Shown here piece after piece: positions 61,685-64,000 of a stretch of DNA of 64,000 nt. The notes below the pieces were generated by a model. The model saw only the letters and a list, made by a program, of their open reading frames with translations. It made no database searches and had not been told where the DNA came from. This stretch comes from Fistulifera solaris. Its lineage: Eukaryota. Each line of letters starts with the position of its first letter. The stretch's first letter is position 1. The translations under genes were made by a program, and so were the position numbers. Location: contig AP026141.1 in NCBI GenBank assembly GCA_030295235.1, positions 620,001 to 684,000 on the forward strand. Direction: 5' to 3'.

Positions 61685-63429
61685 TTAGAATCCACAGCAA
61701 CCACAGCCACCACAGTCGCCAATTGTTCCAGAGCAATCAATGCTGACCTTAACACTGCTGCGACAACAAATAAGCGCATTACAATTAGTTCAAAACGAAT
61801 AGTTTCGAAAAGCTTCATATTCCGTGTTTGTACTCACCCACCACAACCTGCCGCATCACACACGTCCCCAAGAGTCAATCCGTTTATGGTTTCTCGTTCG
61901 CTCATGACTCTCAGGACACAGTCTAATGGGAAAGGTCGGCTTGTCACAATTCGTGTAGACGGCTGCTTAACATAACAAAGATTCTGGTATGGACCTGACG
62001 CCTTTTCTTGAATCAGCACAAACTGTTTTGCCTTTCGCACGGTTTGTAACTCTTTCTCCCAAGAGGCAGTACGTGCTAGTGCTGCTTCAGTTGGCGTTCG
62101 GAAACATTGACAGGTTTGCATATAGTGAAAAGAGAGTCTGGCTTCTATATCACTTTCCTTGCGTTGCAACTTTTCCTTCAGAATTCGGTATGCTTCTTGC
62201 GTACAAAGTGAATAGTAGCCCGAACCATTCGAAGTTTCCCCAAATACGTAACCATCTTTTTCAAATACTCGCCAATCTTGGAAACACGAACGAAGGCCTT
62301 TTCTGTGGTGCCAGGAACAAGGTTATTGTCCGGTTTTACCCAACGTATGTTCATGAATTCTTCCAATGGCGTTGATGGCGTCAATTCGTATACAACAGGT
62401 ACCGGTTCTTCAGACATAGCTTCGTTTGAAATAGAAATAGAGGTAGACGTTTCGTTTGATTCTCTTTTTCTCTCGGTCAAAGAAACGAACAGCTTGGACT
62501 CGGTTTCTCCCGACATCAAATTCATGTTCTTCGCACAGCAAGTCGCATCAACAATGGAATAATAATCAGCCGGCGGCTCCCCGCGATACAAAGCGACATC
62601 GCTCGAGTTGATGTACGGCTCCTTATATGATTGTTGCCAAGCTTCGCTGGTTTGTTGAAAAGCCATTTCTAAATTGCTTCCAGAAGATCGGTCATTTAGG
62701 GAATCGTCATGATTCAGAAAGGATCCTCGAATACGAATGCAATCAGCTTCATATTTCGCAATTGAATGCAGAATGTGAGTGTGCCACATTAGATCAATGT
62801 CGTAGGTCGGGACAATCATGCAGTCACTGCCACGTTCGCGATGAAACGATTTTGATAACAGGAGAAACTTTTGATAGCGTTCGATTGCGTGTTGTAAGAA
62901 AGTATCATGCTTGAATTTTCTGTCCGAGACTTGCCACAAAAACTTCTTTTGCTCGTTGACGGATGCTATGAGATAAAAACCGTCCATGTCGCAAACTGAT
63001 TCGGTGATCGGCATATCAGTTAATGCATCTTCTAGGGGCAGAAAGAATGGCTCACCGGGGAAGCGAAGATCCCATTCGACACGCGTTTCTAGCGCTTTGT
63101 TTGTTGTGTCTTCCTTGATTTGAAAGAGAAACGGTGGGCAAGACTCTTCAATCGAATCATCTTGAAACTGTTGCAAGAGATACTTCCGGTAAGGACCTGG
63201 CGCTAAACGATGACAATGAGAGACCCACGAAACATCAGGGAGGAGGGATGAGCATACAGGATGCATTGCTGCGGTGTATATCAGCGAGCAGCGGCAACCA
63301 GCAATTAAGGTAGCGATCGACTGTCAATTGCGTGATCGGTGCCGTCATAACACCCATTCGGTGAAGCTTTTCGAGAAACTCAACATGCTTTCTTGATTCA
63401 ATCAGAAGATTGCAGGAAAAGGGCTCCAT
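61685..63429 (-). CDS. Glycine-rich domain protein (GRDP/DUF1399 family), copy 2
   Basis: Near-identical 5' ~870 bp to copy 1. Intron 61758-61837, then SVKVSIDCSGTIGDCGGCGCCGF*. Breaks at CCC-TGA (63235-63240) and an A run at ~62258. Confidence 0.8.
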
Positions 63430-64000
63430 AATTCATGCAATAAGTTTTCGTCGTAGTGCGCAGGCGTTGCGAGAGGTAGGAAGATAAGCTATTGAATGAA
63501 CGTTCCGCATCAAAGAAAGACAAGATAGAGCTTATAGCTTATTTATTCTTATTATATTTATTTCGCATTTTTTCTTCTTTCGCTTTGCTCGTCTGTCTGG
63601 CACTGCGGTGCGGAGAAGAAGAATCAATCGTTGAAAGATCGCCTCGCTCGCATCATCGTCGTATTATTATTGTTTGCTTCTATAGCGAATACCTTCCCTT
63701 CGTTACAAGTACCCATGTTACCTTCTCATTTACAACTATCATCTTCAAAACAACCACATCAAAATCAACATCACCCTCATGAATTCATTCCGACGCATCC
63801 GCTGGGACTGACGGGCGTTATTTGTCAATCTTTCACTTTACAATTGTCGCGGACACCGCGACGGCTGCAATACACACTCTATCGACCGCGACACTTGCTA
63901 TTAGGACCGCCTCCACTGATCGGTATTGCCGGAGGTCCGGGATTACCCTGTCAGTACTTGTCGTCGCTGGTGCATACAATCGAAGATAGAGCCATCGTGT

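Noticed and set aside
1..64000. Autonomous transposon, retroelement or viral genes
   Set aside because: No transposase, reverse transcriptase, integrase, Rep/helicase or capsid motifs recognised in any ORF.

Overview
Eukaryotic, gene-dense genomic DNA, most likely a diatom or related ochrophyte. Evidence: short GT-AG introns, bipartite signal+'SAF/AAF' plastid presequences and the gene content. The consensus carries many single-base homopolymer indels, so most genes are split across frames in the ORF track and were re-joined by eye. About 26 coding loci are supported: two tandem SLC13/SLT-type transporters with TrkA_C and ACT domains, V-ATPase E, a TM-PH protein, NSUN5, COG3, a BRO1/ALIX-UBA protein, a single-ORF UreD-UreF fusion, a CNMT/CFA-type methyltransferase, a PhoX-like secreted phosphatase, AlaRS, an FAD-oxidoreductase/CFA-synthase fusion, a head-to-head pair of PyShell-like plastid proteins, CNNM/CorC, DUF4079, a 2OG-oxygenase-ankyrin protein, an M6 metalloprotease, a tail-anchored Hsp70-like protein and two tandem GRDP/DUF1399 genes. 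Best leads: (i) an identical CCC-TGA +1 frame break in both GRDP paralogs, either programmed frameshifting or systematic error; (ii) a ~210-230 bp repeat family, tandem and dispersed at four loci, that keeps a hairpin with a compensatory change; (iii) periodic CCAGAAA/palindrome arrays (52-bp and 33-bp periods) at four intergenic sites; (iv) a TGACGT cluster upstream of the PyShell-like gene. No database searches were run, so family calls rest on motif recognition.
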